DNA of 64,000 nt, from positions 806,001-870,000 of the forward strand of contig LSRY02000035.1 in NCBI GenBank assembly GCA_001643675.2. The letters are read 5' to 3'. Both the position numbers and the translations under genes were made by a program. The notes below the pieces were generated by a model, which was not told the origin of the DNA, searched no databases, and worked only from the letters and a program-made list of their open reading frames with translations. Of the stretch, positions 1 to 13,479 are shown in pieces. Each line of letters starts with the position of its first letter. Positions within the stretch are counted from its first letter, which is position 1. The stretch is from Monocercomonoides exilis PA203 (Eukaryota; Protista; Preaxostyla).

Positions 1-598
1 CCTGTGAACTTTTTTTTCAATTGATTCATTTATTTGAATGGTCAATTCTTTTTGAAATTCAGTGAAAAAAAATATAAATATATTGCAAACAAATAAAAGA
101 AAAACATAAATGAGAACGAAATTCATTGATTGTTCACCGCATGCAAGAGATATGTGATAAAGCTGAAAAATGTTTATTGTATTATAACACATTTTTTCAT
201 TTTTATTTTTTATTATCTAAATCAAATAATTGCAGAAGAAGGTTAACCAAAAATCAATAATGATTTCACAATTTCAAAAAATAGAGCTCATCATTTGTCA
301 TTTGTTGTTTTTGCTTTATTTTTCCTTCAACAAGATTCCATCTCATCAAAACATCAAGTATTTGACTTTTTCATTGTTAATAAACATTGTTCACAATCAA
401 AAATAAAAAAAGTTGGATAAAATAATCAAAATATTATTCCTCATTCACAAATTTTTAATTTTTGATGAACTCAAATGAGAAATTTATGTTTATTTATTCA
501 ATAAATAAAGTGAAAATGATCATAACCGTTAAAAATAATAATAAACAAAGTCAACAAATGATAAATGGTTATGATCTTTTCAAAAGAAAAAGAATCAT

Positions 599-2753
599 AT
601 GATGAGCATTTTGAGTTTGGGGAAAAATCGTAAGCTATCAAGGGATAAAACATTAAGTGAATTAGGCGTGCATGTTAGTGGAGTAAGCGAAGAAAAGAAA
701 GATGAGCTGTTTGAATTAATGAAAGAAACAGCTAATCTTCTCTGTGGAATTGTGCGTGGAACGATGAAAGAAGAAATCGAGGGTATTCTGAAGGAAGAAT
801 ATGGAATGAGCGAAGGAGACGCATCCACAATCGCTGAAGAAGTTATCGCTGAATATGGCTTGTTATCAAATTTTCAAAAACAATTTCAAATAATAAAATG
901 TCAAAATCTTTTATTGCTTTGTTGTTGTTGTTGTTATTTTTTAGCTTCAAGCGGTTTGCCAAAGAAAAAAGGTGGGGCAGCTTTTGCTTTTGGGAAGGCA
1001 AGAACATCGAGTCAAGCAAATGGGAAATTTTCTGTTCCATCAGCATTTTCTTCGAAAACAGCAAGCTCTTCAAGCACTGACAAAGCTGCTCCAAAGCCAT
1101 TCATGTCGTCATTACCACCAACGGAGAGTTCGGGGACTTTTGGTGGCCCTTCGAAGTTCCCGCCTTCGTTTGGAAGTGCGATGCAAGGGCCTGGGCCAAT
1201 GTTGTCAACTGGACTTTCCGCAGCTGGTCCTTTTTCCTCTGGAATCTCTTTAGCTTTACCAGTTTCTGACGAGCCTTCACTTTCTGTGCCAAGCATGGCT
1301 CCACCAGGATTTCCTGCGCCTGGATTTTCGTCTTCTTCATTTGGGGGTCATTTGTTGATTCCTCCATTTAATCCCTCTGATGAGTCGAGCCCTTTTATCG
1401 GAACATCAGCCAGGATGATTGAAGATGAAGAGAAATTGCAAAAAGAAGAAGATAAAAAAGGGAAAAAGAAAGAGAGAAAACAAGAAAAGAAAAGCAAGAG
1501 CGACAGCGACTCTGACAGTGACTCTGACAGCGATGAGGGATCAGATGACTCAGAGGCGTCTGAAGATGAAAGTGGCTCTGATGAAAGTGGTTCTGATGAA
1601 AGTGGCGCTGATTCATCATCATCGTCGTCGTCAGATGGAGGAAAAGGAAAAGAAGGATATAAAGAAAACAAAAAGCCAGTGAAGGGAAGTTTGCATTCTT
1701 TATTTAAATAAAAGATTTTGCTATTTTACGTATTATGTATTTTTTTATTCATTTATTCATTTATTTATTTATTTTGAAATATTTTGTTGTTCGTTATTCA
1801 TTGTAAGAAATGAGAGGGCCACTTCATTTTCTCCCTGAAGAGACAGCTGGGTATAATTCGTCGTTTGACGCAAATATTCAGTTGTTTCAGAAGGAGCGCC
1901 GTATTCGTGTGAATAGATCGTTTTCTGTACCTGTTTGTTTGGGCAATCCATTCAACAAAGGCATTTGGCGTGTGGATCTGCTTGTGGAAGAGGCCAATCC
2001 GTCGTACCGAGGTTTTGCCACACTTCAATTGCGCGAGAGCAACATGAAGAATGCCATCAAGAAGCGCGATTCTTCGCTGAAGCCAAAGAAGTCAAAAAGT
2101 GAGTCAACGAGTCATCAAGCTACAAACCCATTTTCCCCTTCTCCAGGCTGGGGCTCGACTTCGACTATTTCTACGTTTGGGTCGGCGCCGGCGTTCAAAA
2201 GTTCTCGAGGGCCTCCAATCGGAATTAATTCAGAAGGGCAAATATTGTGTCTCCGTGGCTTTGGCCAAACATCAACTTACGTTGACGCTTGGAATCGAGA
2301 TGGAGCACAAGTCGCTTGCGAAGTTAACACAAAGAAGAAAACTGCATCATTTTTTGTTAATCGGAAAAAGCAAGCTGTTGCTATAACAAAGCTGCCAAAA
2401 TGTGTGCAATTTCAGGTATGAAAAATAAAAGTTATAATTTTTGAAGACTGCTTTGTTTGCCAGTCACCAAATCCATTTGACTTGTTTGTATCATATTTCA
2501 ATAATTTTATTTTCATTTTATTTATTATTTTCTTTCTTTCTTTCTATTATATTTATTTTTCAATAACATTATCTTTGCATTTTATATTTTTTTATTAACT
2601 ATTTGATTTTCATATATATGTTGATCAAACTTCTTATTACAGATGACTTTGCATTCTGCAAGATTGTGTGTGAAAGTGCTCAGATTAGATAAAATTAAGA
2701 AACCGACTGGCCCCAAAAAGGTTTCGGGCACAAAAATTTACGAGTTCTCATAA
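599..2753 (+). CDS. Spliced gene: N-terminal low-complexity (Pro/Ser/acidic) region plus C-terminal SPRY/B30.2-like beta domain
   Basis: ORFs 599-1711 and 1810-2421 join in frame via intron 1689-1807 (A|gtttgc...taag|AA ATG). Intron 2416-2642 (CAG|gtatga...acag|ATG) leads to a last exon ending at TAA 2751-2753. The C-terminal pattern GIWRVDL...IGINSEGQI...VACEVNTKKKTASFFVN..KQAVAITKLP resembles SPRY. A probable further intron lies at 858-944. The start codon is uncertain. Confidence 0.6.
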
Positions 2754-3399
2754 AACAGGTTAAGCACCAAATATCATGGAATGAGGGGGAGATGCTTTTT
2801 GTTTGAAGTTAGTCGCTGTTTTGAAATTACAAATGAGTTATTTTCCTGCTTTTAATTTTCAAATATATCTCACCAAATTGATGCAAATCATTTCGTTCTT
2901 TCAATGCTTTTTCGTGGCAGCAAATATAAAATCAAACATATTCGATCAGAATTTAAAAAAAGCCACCTTTTTTTATTCTTATTTAGAGATTTTTTAACTT
3001 CTTCAGTGTAGAATTGTCTTCGAGAAAATACTTTTCTGTTAATGTTGTTCAAAAATGATTCAAAAATATAAAATAATGAAATTTTTTTCAGACAAGGAAT
3101 GTGTCAATTTGCAGAACAATAAGATGGCCATTAACATTTCACCTTATTTTTTGGGCTCATTTAATTTAGAAAAAAATTTGGCGATATCATATTATCTCTT
3201 ATATAATTCGTCACTCACGAAAATGAAAAAAAAATGGATACACTTTCTGTTTCTTCCTTGGTTACAAGGAGCAAATTGAAGAGGAAATAGCGCATTTTTC
3301 GATAGAAGTTGTATCGCTCAATCCCTATTCGAGAATTGGGGATAAACAACCCCAACTCAAAGAATCTGGAATAATGAACAAGCTGATAGCGATGTGTGC

Positions 3400-5860
3400 A
3401 ATGGCTGTCTCACTCTTATAGCCCAGAACAAAATTGTTGCCAACAATGGAACTGATGCTGACGCCTCTGGCAGACCACAACAGACCCCATGTTCCACCAT
3501 CGAATACGCTCTCAACGGTTTCATTTCCCTCCTCTAATACACTTCCCTCACACTCCTCACCTCCTCATTCTTTCTCACTCCAATAATAACCTTCTCACAT
3601 TTTGTGCAAAAATCACTAACTTTGTTACAACTGTTTCAACTTCATCATTCTTCAAGGTGATTGAAGTGTCTTTCTTTTGGAGGTCAGGGTGATGGAGTCG
3701 AAAACAACTGAAAATGTTGCAAAGAGCCAACATGCAATTCTTTAATTCAGAATGTGAACAACGAAATAAGAAAATTGTCATGACGAGAACCATCTCATCT
3801 TCTCATTTTCGTTTCAACTTTCAATCAGATATGAATACTCTTTTCTCCAAATTCTTTTCTTCTTCTTCATTGTTTTCATTCTTTGCCTTTCTCTTCATTC
3901 CTTTTGTTTCTTCTTTTTTTTTTTAAGAGAGCACTTGTTTCATCCATTTCATCTCAAAATGCAATTCTTCAATGCTCAATCAAATTCCATCTCTTTCTCT
4001 TCCTTTTTCTTTCTTTTTCTGTTTTTATCTGCATTTTCTTGTTGACTGAGGACGAGAAGATACTTCACTCACATTCTTTTCTCACAATATAATCCAAAAG
4101 TTCTGCTCCAATTGTATTTTCCCTTCATCTGCTTTGTTTCCACATAAATAAATATTTCTTCATTCATCAATCATTTTCTATCCTTATTCTCTTTCCTTAA
4201 CTGATCTCTCTCAATCTTCGCTCAAAATTATTCTTTTCCTTTCTCTCTTCTTTTCTTTTCCATTTTTCTTCAATTCATGAAATAGTCCAAAAATCTATTC
4301 TTCCAAACCCACCTTTTCTCTCAAGCCGAAAACAAATACAAAGCATTCATTCATATATTAAACTTTTTACTTTGGCTTGCTGAAAATGAATTGAAAAGAC
4401 TTAGCGAATGAATTCACAGCTTTGATGCAAATAGTTGATATGTTCAATGGAAAAGTCTTCCTTTGCCTTTTCTCTTCCATTCTCCAATAATTCTGTTTTC
4501 ATTATCATTCAAAATGAAGAAGAAGAAGAAGAAATTCTGTTTGAAACTCTCGTGCTTTTTTTGATGATGATAGAAGAATAAGAAGAACGAAGAAATATCA
4601 AATGTGAAGTGTTTCGTGTTAGTTGACAGTTTGTTGTGAAGATTTTTAAACAAAATGCGTTTTTGGAAAATGGTGTGAAGAAGAAGATGAACAATGATGA
4701 TTTTGTCCGAAAGAGATGAGCTGCATAAGAGAAGGACAATGAACAAGAAATCATCAGCAGAATTGGCAGATAGATGAAATCTTGAAGAATAAATCAGTGA
4801 GTGAGAGTATTGATTGAATTGCTTATGAAGAAGAAGAAGAAGATTCCAATGAAACAAATACCATTTGATATTCAATGTCTGCCTTCTGCTTCAAACATCC
4901 CACAAATTGAATTGCGAATAAAATAGTTGTTCTGTCAGAACATGATAATAATTCTCCAAAAATACACTCATTGAAAAGAAAGTGCCAAATCCATTTCTGT
5001 GAAAGTGACTTGTCTCTCTTTTCGGTTGGACTGACTTTCTTGTCTTCTCTTCGTAACTTTTTTATTCTTTTGCCATCTTCTCCTTGTTTCATTCATCTGT
5101 GTTGATGCGAAGGTCAGAAATGTTTTCCAATAAAAGAATCTCCAAAAGCGATGTCTTTTCGAGCAATGCTCAAAAGGAATGTAATTTGTGCAGATTATCT
5201 CAGTTTTCGCTCATTCCACATCCAGAAGAAGGAAGAAGATGATGACGAATCCAAAAAATAACTTAAAAATGTTGCTGAATCAAAAACATGAAGAAGAAGT
5301 TGAGCAAATATTGTGAATAAAATTCCTCTCTTTGTTGGAGTGACTTGTGGTGAAGTTGAGCCATATGAGAAGAAGTCAGCAGTATTTCCAGCAGAATGCT
5401 CGGCAAAACAAGCATCACCAAAATTGTCAGTATTGTCAGAAAAAATATTTTGTGTGTGTAGAATGAAACATTCATTGACCATTGAAACATTTCTGTTGCG
5501 ACTGGCGCACTATCAGATGGAATGATGCTGATGCATGTAAAATCTTCGAAAGATGAATTTTCACAACGTTTTCCTGTCGGTTCAGCTGAACATGCAATTC
5601 TTATTCGCTTTTTTCTCCCTTTGTCTTCTCAGCTGCTTTGGTGCTCCTTGGCATCAGCTGAAATTGTTGAGTTTCCTTTCTTTTTCCATTCAACAACAAT
5701 TATGCTGACTCTTTCTTTTCCTTCATAAAATATCTCCATTTCCACCATTTGCGTGGGCAATGATAAATGATATTCTCCAATCTGTTGCTTCACCTGACAA
5801 AATCGATGCTGCATCCCATTCGGATGAAGGCCGAGTGTGCCAACCATCCCACAAAGAGTG
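3400..5860. pseudogene. Decayed fragments, probably of a large surface/beta-helix-like protein family
   Basis: Short motif-like remnants broken by stops and frameshifts: NNGTDADASGRPQQTPCSTIEYAL (+, ~3440-3515); ENSSFEDFTCISI and GNTADFFSYGSTSPQV (-, ~5330-5570). No long ORF. Confidence 0.3.
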
Positions 5861-8369
5861 TCTCATTCCTTCTTCTCTTTTGCTCCCTTTCAGTTATTCT
5901 TCTCCAATAGCAAGTCTTCTTCTTTCTTTCTTTCTTTCTTCCAAAATTATCTTCAATCTTCTCAATCTCATTTCCATCCAGCATGAACCCTTGGTCAAGA
6001 ATATCTTTCTTTTTCTTTTTCTTATTTTTATTTATTATTTTTTCCTTTATCAAAATATTTCCTTGTTTCCATTTCATTTTGATCTTTATCTCTTGTGAAA
6101 ACGCAAAATATGAAGAAATTCAATCAGATGGCGTGAATGAAGAAGAAGAAGAAGAAGAAGAAGAAGAAATTGTGCGATATGAAATGATATCGATACATTG
6201 GAAGAAGAAGATGATGATGCATGAATTGCACGAGATGATTGGTTGTTGAAAAATGTGAAGGCGAATGTTAATAAACAAAAACAAAAATTTTCGCAGAATT
6301 AATCTTTTCCTTCTTTCTTCTTTAATTTTTGCATCTTTTTCTGCCAAATAAGATCCTCCAAATCCATCAAACATTCAGCTCAATCATCCCCCCTCCCCAA
6401 CAAAAAAATAAGAAATATTGAGTGATCCCTTTTTCATTCCATCTTTTCTCCTTTAACTTCCCCTCTTTCACTCAAATCTTCTTACCTCAAAAATAATTCT
6501 TTGTCAAAGCTCGATTCCAGGCATCTTCGAAATATCTCGCATTTCATCTGTCTGTATTTTTTCTTCTTCAAAGCCATCTCATCTTTCGTTCTTTCAGCAT
6601 TCTTAAAACAAAATAATAATAATTACTTCAAAATTAATAACAATATCAAACCTTCAGAACCAATGCTCAAGTCAATAACTATATTTTATTCAGTTGGTAT
6701 CTGTTTTCCTCCAATAAAAATTCATTATTTCTTCCGTTTTCAAGTGTTTCATCATCTGATTCGCAAATCATCCTTTCCATCAGTCATTTCTCCATCAAAT
6801 AAGTCGATTTCTTGCTCTTTTGAAAAATGTAATATTTACGTTTTCTGCTCAATTCCATTCTCATCATTGAAAAATATCCTTGTTTTTCGTCTGAAATTAT
6901 CATCTCCAATTTCCTTCCAAATTCCTTCGTCATGCACACTTTCCATATGAATTCGCTATCCCAACTTTATGATCACCTTACATAATGAGATATAAAGCTT
7001 TCATTCATTTTCATTCATTTCCACCTCCTGCCCTGAAAACAACGCAAAAACAATTAATAAGCAAATATTCATATAAAGAAAAACAAATAAAGGCCAAACT
7101 TCCCTTCGACTGCATTTTGCCAAACAGCCTCATTTCCACAGCCATCATCATTCCAAAAATAAATCAATCTCTTCATTTCTGTCTCAGAATGGAATACAGC
7201 ATGGAATGCATCTCCACAAAATACATAGTGTATCTTACAGAAGGGTCATCTCAGCCCGTACACATTGTGATGCCTGTCCAGAGGTGTTTTTTTTGTTTTT
7301 GGCATGATCATCTCCTTTAATAATATTCTCAACCACCAAAAGAAGAATAACTCGTTTATCTCATCAACACCAGGCACATGAGGGATATGGGGCAGAGAGG
7401 AGATGGAAGAATATTTTTTGTGGCAGGGGGTGGGAGTTGGATGCTTTTTTGAATGTTTATATTTCAAGAATGATTTTTGAATGGAAGAAATTCTGAGACA
7501 GAGGGATGGGGAAGAGTGTGTGGAAATTCGGAGGGGAAAATGTAGTAAATATATAGAGAAGTAACTGGTGATGATGAAGGAATGCTTATTGTTGATTGGA
7601 GAAATGGATTTGGAAAAAAGGAAAAGAGGGCAAAAGTGTGCAAGAAGAAGAATATTCTGAAGTGTTCAAATGGAAAAGGGTGTTTTTTTAGAAGAAAAGA
7701 TTTTTTGGCAGAGAATGGGGAAGATGAAGAAAAGGAGGGAATTAATATTTTCTGAGGTTTTTGTGAGCTGAATGGAAGAGGGGAATGGAAAGGAAAAGAA
7801 TAAGAGAAGAATCATCATTTTCTATTTTTGAGGGGAAAGGCAGAGCAATTACAAAAAGTTAGTGAATTGACTTTGGAAATATTCAGCTTTATTGATTTCC
7901 ACAATCTGTTCGTCTCAAATTTTGTGATTGAATTGTTCGAACAATCTGAAGTTTATTCATCAAGTGAGACGTTTTGGCCAATCAACGACATCAAACAAAG
8001 AGCCCTCATCATCTATTTCAGAAATGATAGTTGACTGATTTCACATTTCAGTCACCACAAATATTCGTTTTTTTCGACTTCTTCCTCTTCTTCCTTCTCC
8101 TCTCAACTTCTTCTGCTTCATCTGTGTTGCATTCCACACATTTCAAGTTGAATCAAAGAATAGACCAACAAATGTATTTTAATTATTCAATTCTACAGAG
8201 CTGCCGTGCGAGCCAAAAATTACATCGTTCGCTTTTCCTGCTCTTTACATCATCATCATTGTCGATGCCTTCTGTGGGATTGCTGAACGTGCATCTAAAC
8301 TACTTTCCTCTTCCATAACAGAGCATTCCGCTCTGCTACAGCACTTCGTGCGGCTTCCGCGCTCCGGCT

Positions 8370-9977
8370 GTGCTGAACAGCGTGAATGAGGCGAATGGGC
8401 ATCGAATGAGAAATGGCGGTGGAAGAGGGAAGGAGCTTCAAGGCACATTGCGTTCATCCGCTCGCTTTATGACACCGCCAAGAAGCGAAGAGAGAGAAGT
8501 TCAAGTTCAAATGGAAGAGGCAAAGAAGGTGGATTTCAGAAGCAAATTGAGTGCAGAGGAGAGGAAAGGAAGACAGCAGGAAGAGCCAAAAGCGAAGACG
8601 AAGACGAAACAGAAAGACGAGTTTTGCACATCGCAAATTGATGCTTTCGACACAAAACTTGCACAGGCAGCAACAGAAGGGAGGAGGGACAGAGGAAGAG
8701 AAATGAACATCATCAGAAAATTTTCTCGTTCTACAGCACACTCTCATCTGCCCAGCTGCACACTCAACGCATCATATCTTCCTCGACAATTGCAACCAAT
8801 CTTTTTTCCTTCCTTTCCACACTCCCAATTATATGCCCCTTCTATTTTTGTTGGATCCCCACCGAAGATTCTCAGACATTCATCTCCTTCAATTTCTTCT
8901 TCTTCTTCTATTTCTTCCTTCTCGCTTCCACCGCTTGTAACTGTGCCGATCCCTCGTGCGATTCTCTGGAAGAGCAGATTGGGCAATGCAGGTGTGTTTG
9001 CAAGCAGCAGCGTGTCAGCGACGAGGGATGTGTTTGAGCCACAGAGCATCCTTCTGAACTATGCAGCGTATGTGGCTAGCCAGGGGATTCGTGTGGGTGG
9101 GGAGAAGGAGGGGAAGGAAGGGAAGAAGGATGAGAAGAGGAGTGCAAATGAGTTTGTGTGTGATAAAGATGAAAAGGGATCGTTGTATCTGACAGATAAA
9201 TGCATAGATAATGAGAAAAATGAAGAAGAAGAGGAGGAAGAGGAAGAAGAAGATGGATTTGACAAAGACATTAGAAAGGCTCAGAAAGAAAGAGGAGCAA
9301 AAGAAAAGATGAAAACAACAAAAGAGAAGAATAGGCCTGTAACGATTCTAACCACGCTTTGCTCAGATTTTCTGCCTGAAATCAAAAATCGAAAAAGGAT
9401 TCAGCAGCAAATTATCGAAACACCATTCACTTTCTCAACATTTGCGTCTGCAAGTTCATCAACTTCATTCACTTCTTCTTCATTTCCCACTTCATCATCA
9501 TCATCAACTTCTTCTTCTCTTTCTTCTTCTTCATCTTCTTCTATTTCTTCCTTCTCTTCTCTGAACATTTCAAACAGTTCTTCATCTTCACCTTCCTCTA
9601 AATCATCTTCTGAAGCAAACACTTTCACATCCGTCTCTGTTATATCTCTTTCCTCTCCTTCCTCTCCTACCTCTCCTTTGAATTCCTCCACCACATCACA
9701 ACCTTCTTCTCACTTGCATTCTTCATCTTCCACACACGCAAATGATTCTCAGCTTTCTTCCTCAAACTCTATTTCAAATGCAATTTCTCTTTCTTCTCCT
9801 GCTTCTCCTTCCTCTTCTTCTTCTTCTTCTTCTTCTTCTTCTTCTTCTTCTTCTTCTTCTTCTTCGTCTTCTTCTTCTTCTTCAATTTGTTATTATTATT
9901 GTTGTTGTTGTTGTTGGTTTTTTTTTTTTTTAGTGACCGACAAGCAGGTAATGATTTGTCAGGTCAGACAGGTTTAA
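8370..9977 (+). CDS. Hypothetical low-complexity protein (acidic and poly-Ser tracts); possibly partial or a pseudogene
   Basis: 535-codon ORF with the same codon style as genuine genes in the window. It ends in a (TCT)n run that reads into AT-rich, intron-like sequence. No recognisable domain. Confidence 0.4.
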   Translation: MLNSVNEANGHRMRNGGGRGKELQGTLRSSARFMTPPRSEEREVQVQMEEAKKVDFRSKLSAEERKGRQQEEPKAKTKTKQKDEFCTSQIDAFDTKLAQAATEGRRDRGREMNIIRKFSRSTAHSHLPSCTLNASYLPRQLQPIFFPSFPHSQLYAPSIFVGSPPKILRHSSPSISSSSSISSFSLPPLVTVPIPRAILWKSRLGNAGVFASSSVSATRDVFEPQSILLNYAAYVASQGIRVGGEKEGKEGKKDEKRSANEFVCDKDEKGSLYLTDKCIDNEKNEEEEEEEEEEDGFDKDIRKAQKERGAKEKMKTTKEKNRPVTILTTLCSDFLPEIKNRKRIQQQIIETPFTFSTFASASSSTSFTSSSFPTSSSSSTSSSLSSSSSSSISSFSSLNISNSSSSSPSSKSSSEANTFTSVSVISLSSPSSPTSPLNSSTTSQPSSHLHSSSSTHANDSQLSSSNSISNAISLSSPASPSSSSSSSSSSSSSSSSSSSSSSSSSICYYYCCCCCWFFFFLVTDKQVMICQVRQV

Positions 9978-10130
9978 ACAAAAAAATAAATAAATAGGAA
10001 ATGTTCATACATCTCCCTCATATTTTGTCAATTCCGATTCCAGTATAAATAATACTTTGCGATCATAGAATCCATAACAACAATCTAAAAAATATTAAGC
10101 GTTATAAACCTTCATATTATTTAGTTAAAA

Positions 10131-11706
10131 ATGTCAATGCAGGAAAAAACAGTATTTACACATATTTTTCTATGGTCTTTTTCAGATTTTATTCAACATC
10201 CATTTCTTCTATCCAAACATATGCAAATTCGATATGAATGGCAAAATGACCTTGCTTTCTTCATTCGATTTTTAATAAAAAAATCTGTACATAGGAGACA
10301 GACAACACAAAAAAGTTCACAAGTATGCATTCATTGTTGCATTTGAATTCTGGCTTATTCTGATTAAACTATTTTCTAATAACAGAATTGTTTTTTGGGA
10401 TTGAAGTTTGCGATGAAATTGGACAGAAAGTTAGAATCCTTGAAATGAATGAAATTGTTGATAGAATGAACAAAGAAGAATTTGAATCCATTTTTAAGAC
10501 AGAACTGCTTGATAAAATACATCAAATGATTGAAAAAAAGAAAATGACAATGGAAAATGCATTATTATTGTTGAAGCATGTTGGATATTGCGAAGTGCTG
10601 AAAGGTGCGTGGGATCTAAAATTTGGAGAATCTTCGTTGAGGAAAAGATTTGAGAAGATGATTATTGATGAAGAAAAGAAGAAAGGAGAAACGAACAAAA
10701 TGCTTTTGTCTGATTTGTGTGAATGTTTCCTTTCTTTAAATTACAGATACTATAACCTTCCAGAAACAGTAACTGAAATTTGTGTATCTTGTATTCTGAA
10801 AGTTGCTTTGAAGAAAGAGGTAAGTGAGGGAGTTCAAAAAGAAGTGGAAGTGGCTCTGCTTGCGCTGAGCAATATTGGTGTATTTAATGTTTGAACATTT
10901 CTGCTTCATTTTTGATGATGTTGTTTTTCTTATTTTTTGATTAGAAAATAAAAAAAGAAATTTTCTTGAATGAAATTAAAGAGATTATGAAATATCATCA
11001 GAAACATCAGAATCTGACTCAACTTGCCAATCAGTCTGCTTGGGGTTTTTTGACTAACAGATTGTTTAACGATGAAATTTTGGAAGAAGTCATCGTGAAT
11101 GAATTGCATTTTGTGAGAGAGGCGAGAAGAGAAATGGAAGAGCTGGTGAAATGTGTGGATTGGAAGAAGAAAAAAGAAGAAGAAAGAAAAGATACGAAAG
11201 AAGAGCTTGTTATATTGAGATGGATACGAACCTTGGAGTTATATTTTCTCTATTGCAAAATGTGGAATGAAGGAAATGCTGGACTTGTCAACAGCATTGT
11301 GCAGGCATTTCGAGCAGCAAAGGATAATTACAGAGACATTGTCAGCCAGTGCATAAAATCATTAAGTTATACTGTGAATAGCAGAAATGTGAAAGTTGAA
11401 GACTTGCTGAAAGGAAGAGCTATTGATGCTGTTTTTGAGGAGATACAGAGGCCAACATTGAATGACGAAATTGCGTATGATGGCTTGCTGTTCTTAATGA
11501 ATGTTTCAGAGAAATTGAAAGAAGAGGAGGATTGCAAAATGGAAGAAACGAAAAGAAAGGCAACAAAAAGGAAAACATTTGAAAAGTTGGAAGAAGAAGG
11601 ATATGAAGATATCATCATTAGCTTTTATGAAAGATTTGATTTTCTCAACGACAATTCTTTTTATGAATTATCGTTGGATGTTGCAGACTATTTTGTAAAT
11701 GATTAA
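10131..11706 (+). CDS. Member of a lineage-expanded alpha-helical protein family (copy 1), spliced
   Basis: Small exon ~10295-10322 (ETDNTKKFT), intron to 10385, exon 10386-10888, intron 10889-10944 (AAT|gtttga...ttag|AAA), exon to TAA 11706. Clear paralogy with 12169-12930: YHQKHQNLTQLANQSAW vs YHQQHRNLTRLAHQSAW, a shared KCVDWKKKK, and KRKTFEKLEEEGYED vs NRKAFDILEERGFEE. The 5' exon is tentative. Confidence 0.75.
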
Positions 11707-12168
11707 TCAAATGAAAAGCTTTACTTTTTTCATCTCACCAACTTTCTTATTTTTCAACTTATCATATTTTCACAAATTTCTCTTTCAGTTGTGAGCAAAT
11801 TTTAATTGGAAATTCCTCTTTATCGATGAATTATTGTTTTCAAAAAGAAAGTTTTTTGTCTTGGTTCACAAATATGGCTTTTAAAAGGCTTTAAGTGTTT
11901 GAAGAAAAATTCAAAACTCCTCAACAAAAGATTTTGCACAGAACCCACAACAATTTGGTGAAGTGAAATGGCTTCAACAAGAAGCAAATGAATTATTCAA
12001 TTGGAAAGGAAAAATTAATTAAAAAAATAAAAACTAATTCTTTTCTCTCTCTCTCAACAAGAAGAGAACCTTCGCTAACAACAAAACAAAATTCAATACG
12101 CTTTGTTCTCAACAGTTCTGAAAAATAACAAAGCATTTCAAAACACAAAACAGAAAATGTCATTTCGC

Positions 12169-12930
12169 TCACAAAAACACAAAAAATTTTGATGTTTCCC
12201 CAGACATAATGTTCCAATGGATTCTGGTATAATACAAGTTTTCTATGAAGCTCGTTATGCATTCTTCGAATCCTCGTTCTTCCAATATGTCGAATGCTTT
12301 TCTATTAATAGCTTTTCTTTTCGCTTCAAGTGTCTCATAATCGCTTTTCTCTCTCAGTCCATCTGAAAGAGTCACAAAGAAATGCAAACAGCTTTCTGCC
12401 TCTTCTTTATCCAATGTTGACAGCAGAAGTGTCTCAAAAACTGCCTCAACTATTTCGCTTTTCAGCAAGAAATCAATGCTCGCATTTGTGCCTGTTGTTT
12501 TCAATTCAAAAAGTTTGATGCAATCTTTTGATATTTCTCTTTCATTCTTTCCTGCCAATTTGCAAGTTCTCGAAATCCAGCGATAAAGTTCGATATTTTC
12601 AACATTCCGCAATTCAAAGTCCAAAAACCCAAATTTGTCTTTGACTGTATTTATCCATCTCTTTATCATCCACGCTTCCTTCTGCGCTTCCCACTTTGCT
12701 TTTTTCTTCTTCCAGTCCACACATTTCGTCAGCTCTTCCTGTTCCATTGCAACTTCTCTCGCAATATGCAGCTCATTCATGCAAGTTCTTTCCAATATCC
12801 CGCCTGGTTCAAAATGATTAACCGGATAAATCCAAGCTGATTGGTGCGCCAGTCGAGTCAGATTTCGATGCTGTTGATGATATTTGATCACTTCCACCAT
12901 CTCATTCACACACAAATCTGTTATTGCATT
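12169..12930 (-). CDS. Second copy of the same helical family (3' exon only; apparently 5'-truncated, possible pseudogene)
   Basis: 248-aa ORF paralogous to 10945-11706. Acceptor tgacag at 12931-12936 sits at the same protein position as the copy-1 intron. No convincing upstream exon; microsatellite and retroelement remains lie upstream instead. Confidence 0.6.
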   Translation of the reverse strand, partial: NAITDLCVNEMVEVIKYHQQHRNLTRLAHQSAWIYPVNHFEPGGILERTCMNELHIAREVAMEQEELTKCVDWKKKKAKWEAQKEAWMIKRWINTVKDKFGFLDFELRNVENIELYRWISRTCKLAGKNEREISKDCIKLFELKTTGTNASIDFLLKSEIVEAVFETLLLSTLDKEEAESCLHFFVTLSDGLREKSDYETLEAKRKAINRKAFDILEERGFEECITSFIENLYYTRIHWNIMSGETSKFFVFL

Positions 12931-12971
12931 CTGTCAATGATGAAAATACCAAAAAAAAAAAAAAAAAAAGT

Positions 12972-13077
<106 letters not shown>

Positions 13078-13479
13078 AAGAAAAAGAAATGAAATGAAAT
13101 GAAATGAAAAGAAAGAAAAAAAGAAAAAGAAATGAAATGAAAAGAAAAGAAAAGAAAAGAAAGAAAGAAAGAAAAAGAAAAAAAGCGGAGAGAGAGGAGA
13201 AGAAAATGTGAGAAAAGATGAATTAAGAAAAGATAAGATAAGGTAAGAAAAGAAATGAAAATGATACTGTTAAAGAACAAAAATAAAAGAAAAACCTTTG
13301 ACAAACCACATGTGATTTAGGGGCTTGCAACTTTTTCAAGCAAAATTTTTGTCAAATGCTTAATAAATGTTTGACATTTTGTTTTATAACCAAAGCTATT
13401 CCAAAACAATTTTCGTTTGAGTTTGATGAACATTTAGACAGAACAAGCAAAACTGCAACAATCCTTGCAACCTGAGTGA

